From Protoeuglena noctilucae (lineage: Eukaryota), in contig OY253682.1 in assembly GCA_958009085.1 (NCBI GenBank), forward strand, positions 496,001-560,000: DNA of 64,000 nucleotides, read 5' to 3'. Position 1 is the stretch's first letter. Every line of letters starts with the position of its first letter. Positions 9,580 to 21,218 of this stretch are shown here, one piece after another. Made by a program: the position numbers and the translations under genes. The notes beneath the pieces were generated by a model. It was not told the DNA's origin, searched no databases, and worked only from the letters and a program-made list of their open reading frames with translations.

Positions 9580-10359
9580 ACTCGGACGCGCGATGGCGCG
9601 ATCCGCCGGCCGCCTCCTCGTGGCGCCCTCTGGACACCGCGCCTTTATGGCCGGTGACGAAGAGCCGGTTCACAAAAAATGGCGCGGTGGCGCGCAGTGC
9701 GGTGGTTCGGCGGTGGTTTGGCCAAGGCGGAGGCTGGCGAGTTGGCGAGGGGGTGCGGTTGGGTGTTTTGCGTGCATTCGCGACGGCTGATGCGGTCGCA
9801 TATCCCCTGGCAGGCGCCAGGCGACAGCACGACGCGCTCGAGTTCTGCTGGTCGGGACAAGCCGCGCCCCCGAGTCTAGGGGGGCTTTCGGGGCGCTGCG
9901 CGCTGTGTGCGTGCAGAGGGACGGCAGGCTTTCGTGACGGGGACGCAGAGCGACCGGCGGGACGCGGGGACCGCGCCGGTGGGACCAGGGTGGGGTCCAT
10001 TGTTAGCATGGGGCGAAAGTGCTCTGCGCCGCGGCATGGGGGCTTGTCTCTGCTTCGTTGCTTCGATGTTGTAATAGTACCCAGGGGCCCGCTCGCGTGG
10101 CATCCTGCGGTTGCTCGTCCCGGCAGGGGCGGCGGTTCGGCGAAGGGGCTAGGGGCGCTGGAGCCCGGGGCGGCGGCCCCATAGCCTTAGGGTGGGGGGA
10201 CCTAGCGGGGGCGGGCCAAGTGCCATATGCACTGCGATCATGGAACCCCCGGGGTGCGGCAGCCCCGGGGGAAGGCGCCCCTGTCGCGCGGGCCTAGCTC
10301 GCGCGGCGAGGATCCTGATGGACCTCAGCACCCTCAGCTATTGAACTGCACATCATCAT
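9580..10359 (+). mobile_element. Non-autonomous retroelement copy A2; its 5' stub is stranded at 2484-2495 by the LINE insertion
   Basis: Near-identical to A1 with (CAT)3 tail at 10351-10359. Ribozyme core is retained (~9606-9668), but the P1 5' strand GGGGGG sits at 2484-2489. Confidence 0.85.
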
Positions 10360-10462
10360 CGTGAGCGGCGCTTGAGCGCAACGATGGAAAACCCAGGGCG
10401 CCAGCAGCACTGCGAGGATGGCACTTCTGCCGCAAGGCGTGGCTCTGAGAGTCACAGCACCT
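10360..10462 (+). mobile_element. Right part of the older, diverged 3'-module relic (element C)
   Basis: GCAACGATGGAAA..GGCACTTCTGCCGCAAGGCGTGGCTCTGAGAGTCACAGCACC matches 9468-9550 with mismatches and an internal deletion. Possible tail remnant CATCA at 10541-10545. Confidence 0.7.
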
Positions 10463-10616
10463 CTCCTGGCGCATCACACCAGCGAACACTGATCCCGCCT
10501 GCCGTCGTCCGTTCGCTGGTTCACAATCACTGCTACTAGTCATCAGGTATCGCTAGAAGGAACATAAGTAGAAACCCATCGTCACTAGATCACAGTCACG
10601 ACTCTACGCAAGCACC

Positions 10617-13600
10617 CTACTCCTCCTGCAGCTCCACGGACGGCGTGGCTATCCCCCGCTCGTCCCCATCGCCAGCCCCCGCCCGCGCCGTCACCGGCTC
10701 ACTGCGACCTCCCGCGGGCGGCAGCGGGGCAATGGTCCGCATCCCGATGCTGCCCTGGAGCCTCCTCTGCACCTCGTACCTCGCCAAGAACCCCCGCACG
10801 GCCGCCTGCACGTACAGCGCCGCGTGGTAGTGGCCCACCGAGTACTTGGGAGGGTTGGTGGGGTCGTGCCCCACGGCCTTGTTCATCACCTTCCAGAACT
10901 TGAGCTCCTCTTTCGTATTCTGTGAATTGAGCTGGCCAAGCTCCTCGATCAACTGCGGGGGAGGGCGAGGGCGGGCGTCACGCCGCCGCTGCCACGGATG
11001 CTGCACCACGGGTGTTATGCCGCTGCTGTGCCTCTGCCTCAAAGCACGAAGCACGAGATCATGAGCCCTCACCTCGGGGATGTGGTCCAGGGCCGCGCGC
11101 TGGCTGAGGGCGTACAGGACCTCCCGGAAGGTGACGAGGCCGTTGCGGTTGGGGATGTCGCAGCTCATGATGAGCTGCTGCACGTAGGCGGGCGACACGC
11201 GCATGTCGCGCACGCCGAGCGGGGGCGCCAGCTCCGAGATGAGGATCGGGAGCTGCGCGGCTTCGATCTTCCCCGACCCGTCCAGGTCGTGCCGGCTCCA
11301 CACCTCCCTGCGAGACAGCGGGGCCAGGCGTGGATCAACACACGCGTCGACATCCGCGCGACGCAGCTCACGGATGCCCGGCTGCCCATCTCAGCTGCCG
11401 CCACCCCTTCGTCCGCCTCACCGGAACTCCTGCACGTGTGCCTTGTTGACCACGAGGCTCTCGTCTTCCGTAGTAGCGGTGAAGTTGTCGAGGATGATGG
11501 CTACGATGAGGTTGAGGAGCACGAGGGAGACGAACAGGACGAAGGAGATGAAGAAGATGACCGAGTAGGCGTAGCCATTCGTGCACTGAAAGCGGTAGTC
11601 GGTGTCTTGCACGAGTCCCAGCGTGTTCACGTTGGGCAGCTGGCCCTGGGGGCCGTTGACCCAGTCGCCCTCCGAGAGGCCCAGGGCGGGAATGTCGCGC
11701 AGGATGTAGCAGCAGCTGTCCACCACGGTGGTGTCCTGCATGATGCCGTCCCACGACTCGCCGGTGCTGCACCGGAACAGGATGGCCATCGAGTGCAGGA
11801 AGGTCTCGAAGTTGGCGTGGCTGCGGGGGAGAGGGTGAGGACAGGTGGGCGTAAGCGTGAACGTGACTGTTACTCTAGCATGAGAGCCTTTGGCGCGAGC
11901 AAGAATGACTGTGACTGTGGCATGACTGACTGCGGCGAAAGCATGACACAGCGCACATGCATACAAGTGCATAGTGCAAGCCACTCGTGCCGCGCAGGCG
12001 CCTCACCGAGTGATGAAGTCTTGGTGGACGATCTGGCCGAACAGCTGCATCCCCATGACGGCGTACATGAAGAAGAAGATGAGGGTCATGAGGCCCACGT
12101 TCCACAGGGCGGGCAGGGACGAGATGAGCGTCTGAAGGAGCACCCGCAGGCCGCGTGCCTTGGGGATGAGGCGGAAGATGCGGATGACGCGGATCACACG
12201 CAAAAGGGACACGATGCCCAGGTTGCCCTGCGGATGGAACAAGAGAGTTGCCGTCGCGCCTCATCGGCGTTGCTCCGGCCGACAAAACGCTCTTGCCCCT
12301 CATCGGCGTCGCCGGGAGCAACGACCAGGGGCCAGTCGGGCGCTGCGGTGCGTCGCCGCCACTGGGGCTCACCTGGGCCCGCAGCGAGGGGCTGGGCTCG
12401 AGGGCGATGCCGATGACGCTGGAGCTGACGACCAGGAAGTCGAAGATGTTCCATCCGTCGCGGAAGTAGGACCGCGGCCCGAGCCCCGTGAGCTTGAGGA
12501 TGGCCTCGATGCAGTAGACGGCCGTGAAAACCACGTTGGAGTAGAAGGCGATGCACTGCCAGGTGTAGCCCATGCCGTAGTGCTCGCAGGCCTGCGGGGG
12601 AGGGACGCCAGGGATGCTCATGGATGGATTTGGGCGCTGTGGGGTCGCGGATGCCGCTATATGCGACGAAGATCGATGAACACGCATGTGCATGTCATGT
12701 CCATCCATCCGCCGCCGCCATATATAGTCTCACCATGAAGCAGACGTTGACGACGATGACGGATATGATGAGTCCGTCGAAGCGCTTGCTGGTGGCCACG
12801 TCGTAGCAGAGCTGGCGCAGGCGGCTGTGCGCGGGCCTCGGCGGGCGCCGCATGGGGCTGCTGAGCAGCGCCATGCGCCTCATCGTGACCCACCGCTGCT
12901 GCGACTCGGTCAGGAAGACGTTGACGCCCTCGTTCTTGTCCTTCATGGCGTTGAACTTGTCGATGGTCACACCGACGAAGAGCTCGAGGAGGAAGAAGCT
13001 CGAGAGCGCCAGCCAGAGCACGAAGTACGCGACGTAGTAGACGCTGCTGTTCTGGATGGGCTGCCGGAGCTCCTTGGTCTTGGGGTCGTAGGGCCGCGAG
13101 TCGATGGCGGGGTACAGAATCTCGAGCCACATCTCGGTGCTGGAGACCTGGAAGAGTGTCAGCACGGCGGCGGCCGTGTTGTCGAAGCTCACCCGCCGCT
13201 GCTGCCACTCGGTGTTGACCGTGTAGGGCGGCACGGCCACGCCGATCTGAGAGTGGAACCAGGTGGACGTGGCCGTGACGGTGCCCGAGACGCACTCGTC
13301 GTAGCTGAAGCACTGCCCGTCGGGGCGGTAGAAGTAGCACGTGAGGTCGTCGCCGGAGTCGACGTCGACGCACCGGCTGTAGAGGCCGCCGAAGAAGTTG
13401 ACGCCCATGATGGCGAAGATGAGGTAGAAGAGGATGCAGACGAGGAAGACGTTGAGGATGGCGGGGATGGCGCCGAACAGGGCGCCGACCACCACGCGGA
13501 GCCCGGGGTGGCGCACGGCCATGCGCATGGGGCGGAGGGCGCGGGCCGTCCGCAGGGCGCGGAGTGCGCTCAGCTGCTGCTGCCGGAGGTGGATGGAATC

Positions 13601-16600
13601 GAGGACGTTGAGGAGGATGGAGACCAAAACGATGCAGAAGTCCAGCACGTTGAACCCCGAGCGGAGGTAGGCCTTGGGGTTGCCCACGAAGCCCAGGGCG
13701 GTGATCTTGAGGGCGGCCTCCATCGTAAAGATGACCGTGAAGACGATGTCGAAGGCGTGGAGCACCCGCTTGCGGGGGCTGCTGGGGTCGAGCCAGGGAT
13801 CGTCCAGGCACAGCATGATGGAGCTCCATAGGATGACGAAGAGGATGAACCACTCGAAGTAGCGGTGGCGGATGATGGCCACGGCCCAGCGGCGCAGCGG
13901 GTTCAGGTCCGGCTCGCCCGACAGGCAGAAGAGCGACGGGTGCATCAGCGCAATCTCCATGTCCCGCCTGTCCCGCGCCGCCATGTCCATGTGCTCCATG
14001 TCTGAAGTCGTGGACTTGGTGTACTCGCTCCGCTCCATCTCCGAGGCGCCGCCTGGCCTCGGCCCCGCGCCACCCTCCGCCCCGCCCCCGCCCGCCGGGC
14101 TGAGCGGCTTTGCACCCGCGGGGTTCATCCGCCGGTCGGACGCCCGCTGCATCTGCTGCAGCAGCGTCACCCGCGGGAGCGTCCCCGGCGCACTCCGAGC
14201 CGTGGACATCGGCCCTGCGGGGGACCCGTCGCCCCCGCCCCGCTCCGGATGGTCCAAGCCCTGAATCTGCACGCGCCGCTGCGACGGCGTCGACTCCAGC
14301 GGCGGCGTGGGCGTGGCCGACTCCGCCACCGGGCCCGGCCCCGAGCCCGCCGCCGGGCCCGGTCCCGGCCCGGACCCCGCAGGTCGGTCCCCGGGGGCCA
14401 ACTCATCGACCGACTTTGTCGCGGGTTCGATCCCCAGGAAGTCCGCGACGCTGCCCAGGAACCCGCGCTCGCCGGCGTCTGCGGCGCCCCTCCGCGACGG
14501 CGCGCGTGGCACCACCTCCAGTGACTCGGCCACCGGACCGGCCCCCGCCCCTCGCTGGTCCGCCGGGCGGCCGTTGCGAAGGAACACGATCAGGGCTCGG
14601 ACGGGCTTGCGTGCCCCGATGGAGGGAGGCGCCTCGCCCGCCTCGGAATGGCCTTCAAACGCGTCCAGGAGCACTGCCAGGAAGAGGTTGAGGCAGATGA
14701 AGTTGCCCACGACCATGAAGCACACGAAGTAGATGGCGGCGATGTCCGAGACCGCTTGCATGCCTGCGGGGGGCGGCGGGGAACGGCAATGACACTGGGG
14801 CATGCAATTGGGTACGCCCTGGGGCACGCCCCAAGGTGGAAGGCTCTGTTTACACGCCCGGGTGGCAGGCCCCGCCCCTCAGCCCGCCTCAGCCCTCGCT
14901 GGCCCGCACCTGTGTACATGAGGTTGTTCCAGTTCTCCTCACTGAGCATCTGGAAGAGGCTGAGCATGGCCCAGCCGAACGAGTCGAAGTTGCTGCGGGC
15001 GTTGTCGGCTGGGCCGACCTGCGCCTTGTACACCGTCTGCCCGCCCGACAGGAAGGACTGGCAGTAGGCTTTGCCCCCGTAGGGCGAGCCGTCGACGGCG
15101 ACCCATGTGTTGACGTCGGACGCGTCGCAGGGCACGTAGCAGTCGCGGTGGCTGGGGCAGGGCACCGAGCCGTCGTCCGGGCAGAACTGATCGGCGCCGT
15201 TGACGTCGCAGGTGGCGAACTTGTAGCCGAACAGCTGCATGCCTGCGGGACCAACGGAGGGGCGGCAGGTTAGACATGCGAGGAGCTGGCCTTGGCACTA
15301 AAGCTACCGCTCGCGCCGCTTCAAGTCCGCCCCATGTTTCCACACGCGCCTGCCCTGCAGCAACCCCGGCCTCGCCCAGCTCTCACCGAGGAGCGCGAAG
15401 ATGGTCATGATGAGCGCCATGATGAGTCCCAAGAAGGCGATGGACTTCAGGGACCGTCCCATGGTGGTCAGGATGCGCTGCAGCTCCTTCCAACTCTTGA
15501 CGAGCTTGAAGAGGCGGAAGATACGGAAGGCCCGGAGCACGGACAGGGTCGTGTTGTTGAGGCTCGGGAGCGTGGCAGCCAGGATGATCTCGGTGAGGGA
15601 GAGGACGACCACGAAGCAGTCGAAGCCGTTAAAGCTGTCGGCGAAGTAGCGGCGGAACCCGACGCCGGTCATCTTGACGAGCATCTCGGCGGCGAAGTAG
15701 GCCGTGAGGGCGTAGTTAATGTAGTTGCTGGCGTGGGCGTGCGAGTCCGTCTCTCCCCAGTACTCGGACGCCATGACGGCCGTGTTGAAGACGATGAGGA
15801 CCGACGTGAGGGCCTCGAGACGCTGGTCGAAGTACAGGTTCCAGCAGAAGCGGCGCACGGCCGAGACGACCCGCGGCCCCCGCAGCACGTCGTCGGGGAC
15901 CCTGCCCGCGTCGGCCGGGGTCAGCTGCCACGTCACGGTCTTCTCCTTAATGCCCATGGCCACCTCCGCCTCCCTCAGCGCCCTGGCCTCCTCCTCGTCC
16001 TCCTCGGCCTTGTCGCCCGCCTCCGAGAAGTGCACGCACAGGACGGCCAGGAAGAGCTGGATCATGAAGAAGGCGCCGAATATGGTGAGGATGGAGCTGT
16101 AGAGCCACGGCAGCCACGGGTTGTTGCCGTCCTGCAGCGCGTAGATGTCGTCCGTCCACCCCTCTGTCGTGATGCTCTGGAAGATGGCCAGCCAGGCCTG
16201 TGGGGAGGTGCGAGAGAAGATGCGCTTTGCACGCCGCGGCAACTCCAAGCCAAAGAAGCCAGCGGGCCCAGAGGCTGGCAACGGCGAGCACAGTCGCAGT
16301 CGCGCGTGCCAACGTGTTGCGGCACCCACCTGGAGGATGTTGTCGAAGGCGAGGCCGCCGCTGTCGGGGTTCTGGTACGGGACGCACATGGTGCCCGGCA
16401 CGCGCCCCTCCGTGACCCAGGGGCAGTGGAAGCCGTGGCCGAGGCTGGTGGTGGCGTTGAGGGCCAGCGACCCGTCCGAGCCCACGACGTAGGTGGACTT
16501 GTCCCCGCGGCGGCCCGTGCACGGCGTGGCGGTGAAGTCGTCCTCGTCGCTGGGCTGTGGATCGGGGAAGTACCACTTGATGCGGTCGTAGGGAATGATG

Positions 16601-17879
16601 TCGCCCGGGTCGAGGCCCGACAGGTCGGCCGCGGGCGACATGCAGCGCTGCTTGAGCGTGCCGCCGTACAGATTCACTCCGACGATGCCGAAGATGAAGA
16701 AGACGAACGTGCTGCGGGCGAGGACGGCAGCGGGCGGTGAGTTGTGGCATGCGGCATGTGGGCGGCCAGATATTGGGGTCCTCTGGGCATGCCCCGGTGG
16801 CTCACCACAGGACGGCCACGTCCATGAGCATGGGGAAGGACTTGATGAGCGTCGTGACCAGCACCCGCATGCCCTTGACGCTCTGGATGGCCCGGAGTGG
16901 GCGGAACACGCGCACGACGCGGATGGCGCTGACGTTTGCCGACGTGTTGACGAAGGGCAGCAGGGGCAGGATGCCCATGACCACCACGACGAAGTCCAGC
17001 ACGTTCCACCACTCCCTGCGTCGGTGGCCAGCGCAGGGGCGTTGCGTCACACCCAGCTGCAGCAGGCAGCGAAAGGGGTCGTCTGGATGACAAGAAGGCG
17101 CATTCACCTGATGTAGGTTCCCGGAGCGGCGAAGGCCCCCATGGCAATGACCTTTACCACCATCTCAGCACTGTGGACGGGGCGAGGGTGCGCATGAGTC
17201 GCTCCCCCCGGCTTTTCGCAGCCAAGCTACAGGGCACACCAACGCCGAAGCCACTCACAGGAAGGCGTACGCAAAGAAGGGCTCGGAAGCAGACAGCGCC
17301 CTCCCCAGCCGCGTGTTGCCGAACCCCGGCGCGTTGGAGCCCATCGCGAGGAAGAGGGTGTTGAGCAGGATGATGAGCAGAACCACGTAGCGGAAAGCCC
17401 AGTGCTCCATCGTGTAGATGGCGAGCTTGCGGATGGGATTGTTGAGCGAAAAGACGAACAGGGACTTCCACGGCCACACCCGGTCCTTCTCGCCCGTACG
17501 GTGGCTTTTCTCCTGCGCTCCGGCAACAAACCGCGGATTTCCAGCGTGAGGGGGCGCGAGCAAGCGCTTAATATGAGAGTAGCCGACAAGCACGCCGCAC
17601 CTTCAAACGAAGCAGGAAGCCCATGAACGCCTCGTCCTGGATCACTGGAGTCGGCTTATTCGGATTCACGCCGCTGATGAGGGTGCTCTGGGCGACCTCC
17701 TCCGCCGCTGGTTGGCTCTGCGCGATGGAGGGGGAGTTGGAGTGTGCACGGGGGCTTTCTCAGGGGCCTCGCCGCCCGGAAGCGCTGCCCGGTCTCCACC
17801 GACGTAGAGCCGGGGAGATGATTCGCGGGAGCAGGTGGTCGCAGCAAGGGAGCAGCTCGCTCGCCTGTTTCGCCGACAT
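10617..17879 (-). CDS. Four-domain voltage-gated Ca2+ channel alpha1 subunit (EEEE filter), multi-exon; 5' end uncertain (may extend to ~18090)
   Basis: Four S4 segments (IRVVRVFRPLR; LRAFRIFRLFK; LRALRTARALRPMR; LRVIRVIRIFRL). Pore loops TTEGW, SEENW, STEMW, TGESW. III-IV linker FLTESQQRW. C-terminal EF-hand-like and IQ-like (YVQAAVRG) motifs. Confidence 0.92.
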
Positions 17880-18925
17880 GTACTCGGCGACCGTCCTGGC
17901 CGGCCCGTGCCCCTCCGGGGCCACCCTGGAGTTTCCTGCGGATTTATCACCACATGAAAAGGGCACTTAACGCACTCCCCGAGAGCAGGGCGGGTGGGGA
18001 GTCGCCAGGCTCGGAGCTGTGCCATTTGCTCTCTTGGGGACCCACAATAGGCGCCCGATTATCTCACCGTGACTCTCTTTTCCCATGACTTACTCGCCGG
18101 TTAGGTGAGGCGAAAAAGCCCATCAAGAGGCAGAAAGCCCCCAAGTGCGGGGCGGAAATCGCGCCATTCTATGCCCAGGCAATCTCCCTCGACTAAAACA
18201 ATCATTTTCTACCCACCCCGATGCCGTTGGCGGCCACTCGTCGAGAAGGGACGGAGCAGCGACGAACCCTACCCGGTCAGGGCACTAAATGCCAGCCCCG
18301 AGGTTGGGGCGATCCGAAGCAGGAACCATAGCATCCATCTACATGTAAAGAACTCAGACCAAGCGTTTGAGGCACCTTCTTTTTGCAGGTGCAACGCGGC
18401 ATGGAGGGTGAGGTCATGCGCATGAGTGGGTGACCTGCAGAGACCTCGTGCGGGCACCCAGGTGGTAAGGACCTTGCAGGCTGCAAGCATACGTGCTCGG
18501 CACAGCGTGGCCGCCGTCTGGGGGCATGGTGTCTGCGGGCGCAACGGTGGTCCCGAGGGTGGCAGCCGCCCACGTGAAGGGTCGAGGGGGTGCCGATACG
18601 CGACATACTTTCCCAGGGCGGCAGGTGCAAAGGTGCTGGCATACGCACCACCATCTAACTGTGTGTATTCCATCGTGGGACCCTAAGCCGTGTCTCTGCG
18701 GGAGTCGCTTGGAGCCAAGCTGGTCATGGGGCCGCCCAGCGCTGAAGGCTGGCTGACCCGAAGCGGCAACAATCCCCATCGTCTTGTGGCATTATGCGCT
18801 TACTTATATGCACTTTAACATGACTGGGGGAAAGCATTGCCTGCTTTCTAGGAACTAGTTCACTAAGATGCTCCGTATGCCCCGTGCGCGTCCCTGGGGT
18901 CGGTCCTGCCATGACTCAGCCGGCA

Positions 18926-20968
18926 TCACGGGCTCAGGGAGTCGTTGCCATGCGACGACTCGCGCGCCTCGGTCATCATCACGTGGCGGCCACGGAGGGA
19001 CGGCGCCCGCGCGGGGATTGGCAGAGTCTCGCGTTTGCCGCCGAAGAAGGGCTTCATAAAATGCGAGTCGATGTTCCGCCAGACGGTCTTGGCGGTCCAC
19101 ACGTCCGCCTCGTCCTCGCTCCTCACACGCCGGTACTCGGACGTGGGCGACAGGGCCATGTCGCCCATCGCCTCGTCGGCGTCTTGCTCCAAACGCAGAG
19201 CCCGGAGGGTCGGGACGGTCAGGGACCCCACGAGCACGGTGGTCACGATGGCGATGAAGAGGGTGCTGGACTCTGCAGGGCAGGGGGCGCAGCGGGGTCT
19301 CCAACTTGACCGAAAAAGGCGGGCGGGAGCGGGTGGGCGAGAGGCACACGCGTGGCACTCACCCATGAAGGGGTTGCCGGCCTTGTCGTCGAGCGTGTTT
19401 GCGTTGATGTCCGGCATGTTCACCACCAGCGCGTACGACATACTGCCCCGTGTGCCGCTGAACACCTGCAGAGGGAGGGCGGCGTCGGATGCTGCCAGTG
19501 GGTGCGATGCAGTGACCCGCGAAGAGCCACCCCGCTTGACGTCCCGCACCTGCATCAGCTGGATGGGCCATGAGATGTCGGCGGCACCCGTGACGCGCAG
19601 CAGCGCGGCCAGGGGCATGATGTTGGCCATCCGAGAAATGACGCACAAGGGCAGCGCGCTGAGCATGAGGCCCCACTGCACTTGGAGGGACCCGATGGCG
19701 ACCTGGAGGCCCATGTAGGCGAAGGTGAAGGACTCGGCCAGCATAGACATGGGCTCAAACACGAGGCGGAGGGTGGAGGACGCCTCCTCGCCGACGTTGT
19801 ACAGGGTGTAGTGGGAGTGGACGATGCCGGAGACGAAGAGTGCGACGATGCCGCTCAGGCCGAGGCTGACGGCCACGATGTACGACAGGTAGCCCCCCAG
19901 CATGACGATGCTGACGTCGTAGATGGCGGCGTCGCTCTCGCCGACGCGGTGCCTGGCGGGGCCGAGGAGCTTCATGATGCGGGCGAGGACGAGCGACAGG
20001 GCGACGCCGACGATGATGGAGCTGATGGAGTTCTTGATCAGGCCCGTGAACAGCGCCAGCCAGATGTTAGACGACTGGGCATTCGCGTGGTACCCTGCTC
20101 GGATGGTCTGCGAGGAGGGGCGCACCAGGAAAGCCGTCGGTGCGAACAAAGCAGGTCAGTTGCTGGGACTGACGGTGCGAGGTGGGCCACACACCTCGAA
20201 CAGGATGATGACGGCGGCGTCGTTCAAGACGCTCTCGCCGAAGACCAGGCTGTGCAGCACCGAGGGCACCCCGACGGCCTTGAAGATGGCGAGCGTCGAC
20301 ACGGGGTCGGTGGCTGCGGGCACACGTTGGTTACGGCGTTGTGGGACGCTTTTCCTTCGGGCAGGCACCAAAAGCGGGCTATGCACACGCAACCGGGCAG
20401 CCAGGTGGGCCGGCCACTCACAGCTGATGAGGGCGCCGTACATGAGACATCGCAGGAGGGGCTGTGACCCAATGCTAGACTCGCTGATCCAGCCCGTCAG
20501 GATGAGCGCATATGTGCCGAGCCCAAACACCACGGCCGAGAGGAGCGTTCCCACGAGCGCGAACAAAATGATGGGCGTAAAGTTGGCGAAGAAGTCCTTC
20601 TTCTTCAAGCTGCGGCAGGAGGGCGTGGGACGTGCCATCGGGCGGGGCGGAGTTTGCGCACAGCCTGCTGCTCGATGTGCTCGCTGTGCTCGCCTGAATC
20701 CGGCGTTCCAGATGATCGGGGGAAGCAGGACGAAGAAGAAAAGGCTTGGCTCAAACCTCAGCAGCGTCGTGAGGCTCGGGGAGACGAACCGGACGATCGC
20801 GCCGCACGCAACACCGACGAAGAGGGCCAGGGTGGCTGGAGGCACATACTTTCCGATGGCTGTCCGGGTTGTCGTATAGGCAAGGAACACGCATGTCAAA
20901 ACAATCACCCAAACGACTCCCAGCTCGGTAGAGACGAACTCTAGGCTGCTGCTTGGCGACTCGCTCAT
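18926..20968 (-). CDS. Na+/H+ antiporter (CPA1/NHX family), multi-exon
   Basis: FFFVLLPPIIWNAGF|SLKKKDFF, ATDPVSTLAIF, VFGESVLNDA, LSGIVALFVSGI, FTFAYMG. Confidence 0.92.
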
Positions 20969-21218
20969 CTTCGGCTGCAATCCATCTTTCTGTGGGCTTT
21001 CCACACTTTACAACCAAACGAACTGGGCTCAGTGATACTATGCGCAGTAACCTTGGTAATCCTGGTCTCGGTGGCGCGCGAAACGCGCGGGATGGGCTGA
21101 GCAGGCCGAGCCGCAAGTGGCTGCAAGTGTCGGAAAGTTCACTTCTACGGGCGCCGCTCTCGTCCAAAGCCACAGGTCTGGGGACCTTGCTGCAATCGCG
21201 TTTGCTTCCACCAGAGTT

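Noticed and set aside
1695..10359. LTR retrotransposon (780-bp direct repeats flanking RT/RNase H)
   Set aside because: The RT is non-LTR type, and there is no gag, protease, integrase, PBS or TG..CA termini. Each repeat and the central element has its own (CAT)n tail and junction duplication.
10998..16740. Long plus-strand ORFs opposite Cav, and similar antisense ORFs opposite clpC and PYC
   Set aside because: Shadow ORFs caused by high GC3 codon usage.
18269..18673. 134-aa minus-strand ORF between Cav and NHX
   Set aside because: No recognisable motif. It may be UTR or upstream Cav exons; a gene call is unsupported.
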